A stretch of DNA of 64,000 nucleotides. Origin: Cetorhinus maximus (taxonomy: Eukaryota). This document shows positions 50,875 through 63,242 of this stretch, one piece after another (within the stretch, counting starts at the first letter, position 1; every line of letters starts with the position of its first letter). The translations under genes were made by a program, and so were the position numbers. The notes below the pieces were generated by a model. It was given only the letters and a program-made list of their open reading frames with translations. It did no database searches and was not told the origin of the DNA. The stretch covers positions 38,936,001-39,000,000 of the forward strand of contig NC_135890.1 in NCBI RefSeq assembly GCF_964194155.1. Direction: 5' to 3'.

Positions 50875-52898
50875 CTAACTTCTCCAGGTCCGGATGATTT
50901 GTGTCTCAGACTGCTGAGGGAGGCAAGGGAGGAGATTGCAGGGGCTCTGACCATGGGGGAAGTGCCAGAGGACTGGAGAACAGCTAATGTGGTTCCGCTA
51001 TTTAAGAAGGGTTGTAGAGATAAGCCAGGGAACTACAGGCCAGTGAGTCTCACGTCAGTGGTAGGGAAACTATTGGAAAAAATTTCGAAGGAGAGTATCT
51101 ATCTCCACTTGGAGAGGCAAGGTTTGATCAGGGATAGTCAGCATGGCTTTGTCAGAGGGAGGTCATGCCTAACAAATTTAATTGAATTTTTTGAAGAGGT
51201 GACCAGGTGTAGAGATGAGGGTAGTGCAGTTGATGTAGTTTATATGGATTTCAGCAAAGCCTTTGACAAGGTCCCACATGTGAGGCTTATAAAGAAGGCA
51301 AATGCACATGGGATACAGGGTAATTTGATAAGGTGGATTCAAAATTGGCTTAGTTGTAGGAGACAGAGGGTGATGACAGAAGGATGCTTTAGTGACTGGA
51401 AGCCAGTGGCGTACCACAGGGATCTGTGCTGGGTCCCCTATTATTCGTCATTTATATAAACGACATAGATGACTATGTGGGGGGTAGGATTAGGAAGTTT
51501 GCAGATGACACAACGATTGGCCAGGTAGTTAACAGTAAGGTTGAGTGTCTTGGACTACAGGAAGATATAGATGGGATGGTCAAATGGGCAGATAAGTGGC
51601 AGATGGAATTTAACCCTGAAAAGTGTGAGGTGATGCACTTTGGAAGGAGTAATTTGACAAGGAAGTTTTCAATGAACAGTGTTGTGGTCACTTTGACAAA
51701 TAGACCACAACAATTTGGCTTTGTCAGCAGGATACTCAGATCAGATCCTCGGGACGGCTCTGCAAAGTGCATTAGTATATTTATTTACCACCCGTAGTTA
51801 GTGCAATAAGCCTACCTGAGAACAGTCTGGTCAAGTATCAAAGAATCAGGAGGAGGACTCAGGACAGGAGATAGGAGGCGCCGGGGTAAGAGGCGGAGCC
51901 GTGCAAGCGGGCTAGCGGTGCCAAAACCGCGCAAGGAGGGCCGGACCATTACCAGAGATAGGAGGCAGAGCCGTGCTGGCAGGTTACTGTTTGAAATATA
52001 ACCTTAGCCAAAGCCGCGCAGGCTAAACCCCAGTTAAGAGTGCTCTCTCAAGCTGTATTGAGATGATGTTCTCCTTGCAATTGCTTGAATAAACGATCAT
52101 GACCTGTACCTGAGACTCCTATGGTCCATTTGTCAAAGTGACCACAACAATGTCATGACACTAGGAAGTTCTGAGGAACAAAGGGACCTTGGTGTGTGTG
52201 TCCATAGATCTCTGAAGGCGGAGGGGCATGTTAGTGGGGTGGTGAAAAAGGCATATGGGACACTCGCCTTTCTCAATCGAGGCATAGATTACAAAAGTAA
52301 GGAGGTCATGTTGGAGTTGTATAGAACTTTGGTGAGGCCACAGCTGGAGTACCGTGTGCAGTTCTGGTCACCACATTATAGGAAGGATGTGATTGCACTG
52401 GAGCGGGTGCAGAGGAGATTCACCAGGATGTTGCCTGGGATGAAACAATTAAGTTATGAAGTGAGGTTGGATAGACTTGGATTGTTTTCGATGGAGCAGA
52501 GAAAACTGAGGGGCGACCTGATCGAGGTGTACAAGATTATGAGGGGCATGGACAGGGTGGATAGGGAGCAGCTGTTACCCTTAGTTGAAGGGTCAGTCAC
52601 AAGGGAACATAAGTTCAAGGTGAGGGACAGGAGGTTTAGGGGGGATGTGAGGAAAAACTTTTTTACCCAGAGGGTGGTGACAGTCTAGAATGTGCTGCCT
52701 GGGCGGGTGGTGGAGGCGGGTTGCCTCACATCCTTTAAACAGTACCTGGATGAGCACTTGGCACATCATAACATTCACGGCTATGGGCCAAGTGCTGGTA
52801 AATGGGAATAGGTAGGTAGGTCAGGTGTTTCTCACGTGTCGGTGCAGACTCGATGGGCCGAAGGGCCTCTTCTGCACTTTGTGATTCTGTGATTCTGC
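50875..52898 (+). mobile_element. CR1 (HER1-like) LINE, RT to 3' tail, split by a 470-bp insert
   Basis: NYRPVSLTS, SQHGF..GRSCLTNL, DFSKAFDKVPH, KFADDT, RPQLEY; tail gggccgaagggcctcttctgcactttgtgattctgtgattctg. Confidence 0.92.
51680..52149 (+). mobile_element. 470-bp solo-LTR-like insert with 28-bp terminal inverted repeats
   Basis: TGT...ACA ends; TIR tgttgtggtcactttgacaaatRgacca (1 mismatch); TATA-like aatataa ~51995; AATAAA at 52088; interrupts the CR1 ORF. Confidence 0.75.
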
Positions 52899-53194
52899 AT
52901 ATCATAAGTTGATATTGTGGACTGTTCTGAAGTGCCAACTTTTGTTGGATTTTTGCCTCGTCAGGTATGGTGTGACATACATGCACAATTTTGTGCAGTC
53001 TTATTGCTCTTAGCAATCACTACCTTATTGATTAGAATTGTAATTCCAGTACTTTAGTGTGTTCTGATGTTTTACAATAAAAAATTAACCTTCCCTGTTA
53101 TATCTAAAGGGGTTGATATTCTGTTTTAATCGCCAAAGTCATGTATGTCATTTTTATTTTTTCGTTATCCTGATCAAAACTGTTGATATTGATA

Positions 53195-53760
53195 ATGAAC
53201 AGCGTGACTCCAGAGTGAAGTAGATCTCTCTTTGATTGGATACATTTCCCAATCAATGTCCCACAATGTCCTCCAAAAAGGAAAATAGGCAGATTACTGC
53301 TTGGTCCAATGCATTGGAATTCTGTTCCCACTTGCTTGCTTTAATTTGCTAGTTTATTTAACACTTCTTTTAATTGGAATGCTGCATTTGCTTTACCCTG
53401 TTGTTTCCTGGATTGGTTAGAATTCCACTTTGCCCCAAATAGGTTTCCTTTTTTTATGTTTGATGAGGACTGCTGAGAAAGAAGTAATACTCTCTTTCCA
53501 GCTGTTGTTTTGTCTTCTTGCTGTTTTTCATGTTTTCATTTGACAGTAGGACGGACTTGATTAGAACTAGCGATTGAAGCAAAATTGGGGGATGCCCAGG
53601 GTTGGGGGTATGTGGAGTTTTACTGGGAGTATTAAGGTTTAGCTGATGGGACAATTTTCCCCTTAACAGTGAAGTGTAATTCAGTTCTCTTCCCATCACC
53701 CCAATGGTCACAATACAAGTCAAAAAGAGATCTACTTCACTCTGGAGTCACACTGTTCAT
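53195..53760. mobile_element. Putative MITE with ~42-bp TIRs flanked by TA
   Basis: atgaacagcgtgactccagagtgaagtagatctctctttga is the near-perfect reverse complement of tcaaaaagagatctacttcactctggagtcacactgttcat; TA at 53193-94 and 53761-62. Confidence 0.65.
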
Positions 53761-54489
53761 TAGGTGGGCACTTTATCCTCCAAGTATAAAATTATTCTCA
53801 GCTCCCGATAGCTTGCTTCCTTTTCACTTTCCCAGCCAGCTAACTTCTGATCCCAGAGCTAACTTTCACTGTGAGGTTTACACTGTGGGCTCCTTCCCTC
53901 AAGTCCCAAGCTAGGCAAATCTTCCAGTTTCCTTTAAATCCTCACAAACTCAGTCTTCACTTTGAACGCAAACTCCTACCTGCGTTTTGTGTGATGAACA
54001 ATGGAGCCGGCATTTTGTCTGATTCGGGTGCAGGATTGTCTGTCCCTACCTCCTGCTCTCTGCCTCTCAGGTGGCTTCAGACCACAGCAAATAAAAACTG
54101 CTGTCTGTCTGGGATATTCATGGATTTGTAGGGAAGCCTGTGAACTGATCTCAAAAACGGCTTCCTCCACCCTCTTCCCCATGCCAACGTGAAACACATT
54201 AGCCTTGGTTACAGCACAACTGTTCATAACACGATACTTATAACACCTTTCTGGGACACTGGGAGACTCAGGAACTGCTCATGGTATAGTTAGGGACTGC
54301 TGCTATTGTCTCCAAGCATAAATATCTTTCACCTTCTCCTCAGTAGAACAATCTAAACCTTCTTTTGTTCTCTAACAATCAAACAACCCAGGATTACTGT
54401 CGGGCAGACTGCAAAACAGGACACATGACCCCCTTCATTTATCCTAGATTTAAAGATACAGTCCCAAAATATAATCTTTTAAACCTCAT

Positions 54490-54660
54490 AATTGTAACAA
54501 TTGCCTGAAAATGGGGTGGAGCGGGTTCAATAATAGCTTTCAAAGGGGAATTGGATCTCTCCTATAGAAAGGAAAAATTTGCCAGGCTAAAGGGAAAAGG
54601 TAGGGGAAAGCTGACACAGGCCTGGTGGGCTGACTGACCCCCTGCTGTATGATGCTGTGC
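54490..54660 (+). mobile_element. Degenerate CR1 3' end
   Basis: ttgcctgaaaatggggtggagcgggttcaataatagctttcaaaggggaattgg...gggctgactgacc..ctgctgtatgat. Confidence 0.55.
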
Positions 54661-54759
54661 TTGCAAAGCCCCATTCGTGATGTGGGGGTCTCAGGAGCAT
54701 GTATTCCTATATATTTGATGCATCCTTATTCCAAAATTCCAACAGTATATGCTGGATAC

Positions 54760-55070
54760 GTATTCACAGGGCGCTTTTACTGGGGAACCAAGTTGGTGCC
54801 GGGCTAAAGGTAATGACTTCAGTCTTTCCAATAATTGGAGGAAATTTTGCTCACCCATTACTAGATGTTGGACAAGCAGTCTGACAATTTAGAGACAGTG
54901 AGGACATCAAGAGTGGTGGTGATGAGGTCAAACTGGGTGTAATTTGCATACAGGTGGAAAATGACTTGTTTTCGGGTGATGTTGTGTAGATGTAAAGTAG
55001 GAAGGAAAACTAGGATAGATCCTTGAGCGACACCAGAGTTCAACTGTGATGGAGCAGGAAGAGAAGCAAG
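54760..55070 (-). mobile_element. L2-type RT fragment
   Basis: SGVAQGSIL...FHLYANYTQ (YADDTQ-like)...LSDCLSNI. Confidence 0.6.
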
Positions 55071-55230
55071 AATTTCGTCTGTAAAATCCAGAACAAAGGA
55101 GAGAAGACCAAAAAAACTGGAAACTTTCAGGACAACAAAAAATTATTTTTAAAGTTTTACGATTATAATGTGTCACTGGCATGATTTACGTTCCTGGTAC
55201 TCTCCTAACTGAATCATTACTGTTTAACAG

Positions 55231-55319
55231 GCGAGTCCACCACCACAGTGGCACCCTTCATACCAGGGGGAGTGAGTGATGGGCAGTGGCACTCTGTCCA
55301 GGTGCAGTACTACAATAAG
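55231..55319 (+). CDS. CELSR1: CELSR1 coding exon (89 bp), laminin-G domain 1
   Basis: Branch-point-like CTAAC at ~55205, acceptor tttaacAG|; reads (G)ESTTTVAPFIPGGVSDGQWHSVQVQYYNK; donor AAG|GTAGGT (phase 0). Not in the ORF track. Confidence 0.92.
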
Positions 55320-56773
55320 GTAGGTGAAGGATGAGATTTCAGAATGCAAAAACTGATTGAAATAATAAAATATAAGAGCACACATGTGAGTGTGTGTCTG
55401 GCAGTATTGTGAAGGGATGTCCTTTCTATTAAGCAATGTTAACTGAGCTGGGAGTTTGGAAAGCTTGCATCTCAGTTATAGGCTTCAGTTATTCATGTTC
55501 CTTGGACTTTTGGGAAGTCTATAATTGTGCAAATTATACATGCTTTGCTGATCAGACCAGCATTGATGGTCCTTTTCATTCCAGTTCCACTTTATCCAGA
55601 ATAAAAAGAGAAATGTGCAACTCTCAATTGTCCACTGTGTTGTGACACGCAGATTGTCCGATCTGATTGCAGCTCAAAGTCCCTTCTATTTTTTGTACCG
55701 AGAACAGTAATAAAAATGGAAATGGAACACATTTGTTTACAGTCTTCTGAGCTTGTGGTTAGTTTACACCCTATAGAATAAGCAGCAGTAAAAATTAAAT
55801 AATGATTTTACTTAATGTTTTGAGCACTGCTAGGTCTAGAATTTTCCTCCAATTTGTTTTCCTTCCTCTTCCTCTCCTGAGAAAGGTGACTCATGCTGGA
55901 TTGTGGTACCTGCTATCCACAAACCCATTTTTCATATGTGAACCTGTAGAGTGAGTGTCAACAGAGTATCCGACCATAACGACCGTCACTGCTGAGGCCT
56001 CGAAATCCATCTGCATTTTTGCCCACTTCTCCTAGTTCAAACTACCTGCAGCCAAAGGAACAAGATACCTCACGGGTCTTTGTCCTGCAGGCTGCCAGAA
56101 TATATGAAAGAGCTGTCCAAACTGAGACTTGCTTTGACTTCCTCACAACAGTATGGCTGAGATTGTAAACCTAATTGATGTAAGGGATAATAATGCATCT
56201 CAGTAGCCATGGGCAGTGAGCTGACCAGTCCAGTGACCTGTTTTTATGTACCTTAACCTCATTGTGAAGTACGTACATGTGGTCATTGCCCCATTCTTAG
56301 TCAAACCTGTGCTGCGTAACTTCTTATATTAACCTTGTTCAGCAAACCCAAGCTATTCAACGTACTGTATTCTGTAATATTTCCTTGACTACATTCAAGA
56401 ATAGCACCATGTCAAGTGAAAAGGAATTCAGTTTTCAAGACAGATGATTGTCGGAATTTTTCTTTGTTTCTCTTCGAACAACCTCATAAGTCGCCCTTGT
56501 TTTACCCTGTGTAGCGTTTTAGTTAATGGGTTATCTCCACTGGCTGCTGTTACTGTCCAGTAACAGTCTCAGGGATTCATTTCAGTACTCAGTTTTTTGC
56601 CTTTGTTTCTTTATTTGGAGCCATTGCAGTTAACGGAATTTTTTTTTAAGTCTTGCTTTCTGTTACATTTTGTGTATTTCCATAGCTGCTACTAGGCCTC
56701 TCCTCTTTGCTGTTGACACTGAGCTTCAACTCTGTTGCTTTAAGCTGTCAGTACAATAGCTTAGCTTTGATAC

Positions 56774-56934
56774 CAAAGTAAAATACTGTGGATGCTGGAA
56801 ATCCAGAATAAAAACAGAAAATGCTGGAAGGTTGAGCTGATGGAGGGTCACAGACCTGAAACATTAACTCTGTTTCTCTCTCCACAGATGCTTCCTGAGT
56901 TGCTGAGTATTTCCAGCATTTTCTGTTTTTATTT
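56774..56934 (+). mobile_element. 161-bp mini-PLE made of inverted termini and a degenerate hammerhead
   Basis: Inverted arms aataaaaacagaaaatgctggaa / ttccagcattttctgtttttatt; CTGATGG-a-gggtc aca gacct-GAAA-ca-TT at 56837-56865; 15/17 TSD tagcttagctttgatac / tagtttagttttgatac. Confidence 0.8.
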
Positions 56935-58609
56935 TAGTTTAGTTTTGATACTTTATTGTAAACCATGTAATGCTAGATGAAAAAAAAACTAAAAACAGGC
57001 ATAAAGACTGGGTAATGTTTACATTTTGCAATGGTATAAAATGGGCGATATCAGATTGATGTTTGTTACACACCAGGCTGATTTTCCTTTCCATCGATGT
57101 CAGTAGACAGCTCACTCAACATTTGTCGCTCACTTACAATTAGAAGTAAAAACTGTAAATCCTTCTCATAAAACTGACTATCTAACAAAAAAAAGATGGG
57201 TGTTAACCCAAATGACAGTTCATATCCACTCTGCATAATAATTCCAACTGACCTCAGGCACTGTAGTCTCTCGTGAATAGATTGTTTTCCTGTAAATTCT
57301 GTGAATGCAGGAGGCTTGCTGCAAACGACTTGTTTTTTTGACCTGATTTTAAGTCTATGATATGTATCCTCCCATAGCAGGATTTTAACCATGTGTTGAC
57401 TGGTGCCCACAATCAGACCTGCTTTACTTAATTTTTAGTCCATTTTGTTTTGTTGACCATTTACTGAGCTGTGCCTCTCAGTAGGGCTGATTTATTGAGG
57501 GACAATGTGAAAGCATTTCCACACTGTTGGTCACCAAGTTCAAAGGTACTTCAGTCTGTCTGCACTGGAAATAGTCTCCAAAATATCAGGCAAAAGCTTC
57601 TTAAAAGGGGTACACTATAAAGTGATCAGATGTTCCCATGATCCAGATTGTGATAGGCCAATACTGAGTGCCTCTTTACCTCTGTGCTCTGGTGGAAAAA
57701 CTGACCCAATTTTCTGCTTTTTGTTGCTGAACAAATATCGCAGATTCGGCTAACCAGAAAGCATGTCCAGCTGGAATGCTGTTCTTGGTGAGGCAGAGCT
57801 GCATGTTCCAACATTTATCACTGGGGCTCAGTCTCATTTTTAAAAAATGATAAGTTGACATAAAATCACATCATGCACGATGGAACTTCCCTTCAATGTA
57901 CCTGCCACACAGCAAACAATTGTTTTTTTATCAATTGTTTATAATTAATGTGATCAATATTAAAGTAATCACCAAGTGGGGACATTAGCAAAATATCAAC
58001 CGAGTATATAGAATATGACTCCGTGCCTAAAGAAATTAGACTTTTTAGCTGTGCCTCTTAACTGACATGCTTTGGCGTGTCTTGTATTGATTGAATGAAT
58101 CATTCAACAGAGATTTCTTTTCATGATTCTTTATTTTGTCTCTGTAGTCACTGGCAGGTACTAATTTATATTAATTGATGATGGGGTTTTTTTTTACTCC
58201 AGATGCACTAAAAGAGCCTGATTTGCTTTCTGTATACACAACAAACTCTAGCCTGTTTAACTGTCAGCGACAGTAAAACATCTCATTTACTGTTGTTAAA
58301 ACAATAATTGTCTCTCTGTCTAAAGCTTATTAATATTTGTGTGCACTGGGCATGCTCATTATTATACACTGTAATTTGTCACTCAAATTCTTGACAGGAT
58401 TCCAATTTATCCTTAGTGACGATTCTGTGCAATGGGTTAGAACATCATAACTGGTTACTGGGAGAAATTTCAACCCTATATTTCCTTTATTGGTTTCTCA
58501 CTCTGATCAGCTGGAAAACTTGGTTGCAGCGTTTTGAATTTTTCAGAAATATGTGGACACGAGACAGCTGGGATATAGTAGGCTGGCATGGGGGAAGTTT
58601 AACAAAGAC

Positions 58610-59500
58610 AAGAGCAAAATACTGAGGATGCTAAAAACCTGAAATAAAAACTGAAAATGCTGGAAGTATTCAGCAGGTCTGGCAGCATTTATGGAGACAG
58701 AATTGTTCAAGTTGACGCTTCGTTAGAAATAGAAGTACTTAGCGATGTAATACACTTTAAGCAAAGCAGGGAAGAGGGGAGGGGAGGAAGGAACAAATGG
58801 GAATGTCTGTGATAGGGTGGAAAACAGGAGAGATGAAATGACAAGGGATAATGATGCAAGGTAAAAGGAGGTGGTAATGGGACAAGTAAAGAGACAAAAG
58901 ATTTGTCTAGAGGAGATGTAAATGGAAATAGCAGAATTATTGCCAACAGCTGCTGTCACAAAGAAATATGGCAGAGGTTATGATCTGAAATTATTGAAAT
59001 CCATGTCGAGCCCAGAAGACTATAAAGTGCCCAGTCGAAAGATGAAGTGTTGTAGCTTGAACTTGTGTTGAACAGGGCATGAGGCCTAGGATTGAAAGAT
59101 AAAAGTGTGGTGGAAAATTAACAAGACAGGCACCAAGAAATTTAGGGTCTCACTTGCGGCCTGAACAGAAGTGTCCTGCAAAGTCACCAATTCTTCATTT
59201 GGTCTCCCCAGTATAGAGGAGTCAGCAAAAGGGCAGCAAATACAATATACTAAATGGAAAGAAATGCAAATAAATTGCTGTTTCATCTGGAAGGAGTGTT
59301 TGGGGCCTTAGAAGTGAGAAATGAGGAGGTAAAAAGACAGGGATTTTATCTCCTGTACTGGCATGGAAAGCTGCCATGAGAAAGAGATGGGGTATTGGGA
59401 GCGATTGAGGAGCAGAGCAGAGTATCACATGGGGAACGGCCTCTTCAGAAGGCTGAAGGGGGAGAGGAAGACGTGCTTCGTGATGGGATCACCTTTGGAG
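58610..59500 (-). mobile_element. Older Penelope-like element 3' part (GIY-YIG remnant and terminal repeat)
   Basis: MKQQFICISFHLVYCICC parallels MKQHFTCISPNLVYCIRC at 34321; terminus aaaatgctggaagtattcagcaggtctggcagcat. Confidence 0.8.
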
Positions 59501-59502
59501 CT

Positions 59503-60196
59503 GGCAGAATTTTAACATGAGTGAGCGGTGCGGTGCGGTGAAGGGGGCGGTGTGGGGTAGGGTTGTGATTAAATGGGCGAAAGTTCTGACCACATCCAGA
59601 AACCAGCCTGATCTTGCCAACTTCCCGGTTTTATTGAGACAGGACAGTCAGTCCTGTCAGTCAATCCGGTCCCAGAAGCTGGGTGGGTATTTCAAATATA
59701 TTTAAGGGACTGGCTGTTTTGTAGGTTTGATTGTACCTTGCTAGATTTATTGGACTTCTGGAAACCCAGAAGCTATAAGAAGGCGAGAACAGCCTTGGGA
59801 GGAGACAAGTGTCTTCACAGCACAATGTATGGAGCAGGACTGTTTCCTCTCAGCCTCCCAAACTCCCTACCATAAGAACATTCACCCACCACACCACCCC
59901 TCCCACCCCAACTCCTGTTGCCGCAGGAATTGGGGTTCAGGACTCCTCCCAGGGTGAGAGATTGGATCCTGTGGGGATTGGACCTACCTTGTCCTGCAGC
60001 CACTTCTGGAATACTCCCTGCCAGCCTGGAAGCCAAACCTGAATCAGGCTGACTTCCAGGCCGGGAACTTGTCAGGGCCAAAACATGCACACCGTGGATT
60101 TAAAATTTTGCAGCATGCGGGGAAAGCCAGAAGTCCTGGGGCGCTTTTGGCCCCTTTCCCCTCACTTCCAGCACATCTGCAAATAAAAATTCCGCC
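59503..60196. mobile_element. Harbinger-like MITE
   Basis: Termini ggcagaatttta / taaaaattccgcc. Confidence 0.55.
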
Positions 60197-60654
60197 TATT
60201 GTGTCCTGTTGGCTTATTTGCATGGTAATTTCTCATTCTCGACTGAAAGTTGGGAGGAGCAAAGGAGATCGTACTTCTCCCAATATTGGGAGAGGGATAG
60301 ATAATGGAGGATAAGTCATCCTGTGCTGTTGCCCATCAGCCCTTGGTGCCCATCTGATGCATGACCCATGTCACATATCCATTGTGTCAGTGGTGATGCA
60401 GATGTGTGGGAAAACTAGAAAGAGGAAAAATGCATGGATGCTTAAAGTTCCTCCAATATTTTGTTATTTTGGAAAATGTACAAAAAATTGAAATGTGTTA
60501 GATGTACTAAACCATCTTACAGAATATATTATTTGCATGTATTCTAGTTGACGTTTATCTTCTTGAAATCCTGCCCGCTTTCAGAAATCCTTTGTGCTTG
60601 TGCTTTATTTTGCAACAAGGTAGATGAAATGATGGCGTAAATAGAGGTGAACCA

Positions 60655-63025
60655 TGTTATGACCAGGATGGGAGGAGTGCGCAGTTGATCTAGCCCCACT
60701 ACTCTGCAGGTCATGCCATTAGTTTAAAGGTTTAATTTACTCACCAAAATGCCAAATTGTTTACCTTCATACTGGTACCCAGAACAAAAGAGATTTTAAC
60801 CAGACTTCTTTCAATAAACTCAGAATGATTGATTTATTATCAACAAATCTTACTTTAAAAAACAAGTTGCAAGAACTGGTTAACAGACAATTGTACTCTG
60901 CAGATATAACTATCTATCCCTTCACACACACACACACACACACGCACACACACAAGCAAAGGACAAACAGATAGGGTCTCTCTGCAGAGATGGGTTTTAG
61001 AGTATAGACGTTATAAAAATAAAGGATAAAGTTCGCAGTGTCTCAACACTATTGACCTGGAGACCCCTTGTGTGGGTTGCTGGTCCTGGTGGATGTCTGG
61101 AGGTCTTCACCAATGGAGCTTCGCCATGGCGGAGAATATAGCCAGGACAATCCCTCTTCCCAGCCTAAGATAAAAGTAAAATACTGTGGATGCTGGAAAT
61201 CTGAAACAAACACAGAAAATGCTGGAAAAACCCAGCAGGTCTAGCAGCATCTGTGGAGAGAGAAACAGAGTTAACATTTCGAGTCCATATGACCCAATGA
61301 GGCTGAGGAAATAGGAAATGGCAGAGGATTTGAATAAATACTTTGCATCAGTCTTCACAGTAGAAGACACTAATAGCATACCAAAAATAATAAATAATCA
61401 TGGGGCAAATGCGGGGGAATAAATAAATATAAGAACTATCACTAGAGAAAAAGTACCAGGGAAGCTAATGGGTCTAAAGGCCAATATGTCACCTGGATGG
61501 GTTGCATCCTAGGTTATTAAAGGAAATAGCTGCAGAGATAGTGGATGCACTGGTAGTAATCTTCTAAGAGTCCTTAGATTCTGGAAAAGTCCCAGAGGTT
61601 TGGAAAACTGCCACTTAACACCCTTATTCAAAAAGGGAGGGAGACAAAAAAACAAGTAACTATAGGCCAGTTAGCTTAACGTCCGTCATTGGGAAAATGT
61701 TGGAGTCTATTATAAAGGATGTAATAGTCGAGCATTTAGAAATGCATAATCTAATCAAGCAGAGTCAGCATGGCTTCATGAAGGGGAAATCATGCCTGAC
61801 AAATTTATTCAAATACTTTGCAGAGGTAACAAGCAGGATAGATAAAGGGGAAGTAGTAGATGTAATATTTTTGGATTTCGAAAAGGCGTTCAATAAGATA
61901 CCCCACATAAGGCTACTTAATAAGATAAGAGCCCATGGTGTTGAGGGTAGCATATCAGCATGGATATAGAGGATTGGTTAACTAATAGAAGACAGAAAGT
62001 TGGGATACGGGTGGCATTTTCAGGATGGCAACCTATAACTAGTGGGAGTGCCACAGGGATCAGTTCTGGGGCCACAATTATTTACAATATATATTAATGA
62101 CTTGGATGAGGGAAATGAATGTACTACCGCCAAGTTTGCGGATGACACAAAAATAGGTGGGAAGGCAAGTGGTGGGGATGACACAAAGAGTCTACAGAGG
62201 GATATAGACAGGCTAAGTGAGTGGGCAAAACCTTGGCAGATGGAATATGTGAGAAAATGTGAGATTATGCACTTTGGCATTATTATTTAAATGTAGAAAG
62301 ACTGAAGAAAACTGCAGCACAGAGGGATTTGGGGGTCTTCATGTATCCCCACACCATCCCCCCCAGGGCCATATGTTACTTGTTCCATGTTATTCTTTCG
62401 CACAATGCTACCCTTATTCTGCTATTATCACATTCTGCTTTCTTAACTTTATGCCACTATCAGCACCTTTTTTTTTAGCACTAACCACTACCATTAACAC
62501 TCCCTTTGTCCTTTAGTTTATGACATCTTTGTCCATCCCCCCCTTTGTCCCCAACCATCGCTGGCCTTCTAACCAGCTTCACCTGCCCCACCCCTCTTAA
62601 ACAGTGTAAATTTGATCACATTTCCACTTCTCTTCAGCTCTGAAGAAGAGTCATACGAACTCAAAACGTTAATTCTGTTTCTCTCTCCACAGATGCTGCT
62701 AGACCTGCTGAGTTTTTCCAGCATTTTCTGTTTTTGTTTCCTCTTCCCAGCCTCTCAGGTTTCCAAAAAAACAGACCAGCTCCACTGATCTGAGGATTCT
62801 TAACTGGATGTTGTCAACAACTTTATTTCAGGCAAGACAAGGCAAGGCGGCAAGCTGGGCAGCCTTTTTACTTTCTCAGTTCAGTCTCAACTGAACTCAA
62901 AAATATGAGTACAAAACTTAAAGCTTATCTCTTTCGTGTGATTTCCAGTAACTCACTAGCTTTTTGCCTTTAAACCAGTTTTTTCTCATCAATTAAAGTA
63001 ATTGCAATGAAAACAAGTACACAGC

Positions 63026-63057
<32 letters not shown>

Positions 63058-63240
63058 CCCTCAAGTACAATGCTGGTCGGGTGGTTTCTTGGGAAAGGCA
63101 TGCTTGTTGACAGTTCCAAGGTGAACTTATGACCTTTTTTAATAAAAACTCCAGGTCAGCATCCAAAGGTCCAAATAATGCAATGTCCTTCCAAATTTTA
63201 AAAGAAAAATCCAATTCGTGAAGATATGGTTTTCCCAACA
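60655..63240 (-). mobile_element. Probable long solo LTR (right boundary uncertain) carrying the 61167-62739 insertion
   Basis: Starts tgttatgacc; TTTATT (minus-strand poly(A) signal) ~60833; non-coding with (CA)n; ends near cccaaca before the next CR1; no TSD confirmed. Confidence 0.4.
61167..62739 (+). mobile_element. Composite insert: inverted PLE terminus + CR1 RT fragment + PLE 3' repeat with hammerhead motif
   Basis: Perfect 14-bp TSD CCTCTTCCCAGCCT (61153-61166 and 62740-62753); CR1 RT motifs SQHGFMKGKSCLTNL, GVPQGSVLGP, KFADDT at ~61295-62340; hammerhead-like CUGAAGA-A-GAGU..ACUC-AAAA-CG-UU at 62640-62670. Confidence 0.85.
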
Positions 63241-63242
63241 AC

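Noticed and set aside
31371-55319. Assignment to CELSR2 or CELSR3
   Set aside because: Some residues are CELSR2-like (VNLLVGG, ESTTTV), but GEYERPYCE, SFPPQSFVTF, DFIALEI and HSVQVQYYNK fit CELSR1 better from memory. Phylogeny or synteny would settle it.
55845-56000. LF-SINE-like fragment on the minus strand
   Set aside because: Only a short, weak resemblance to the recalled consensus; cannot be supported without alignment.
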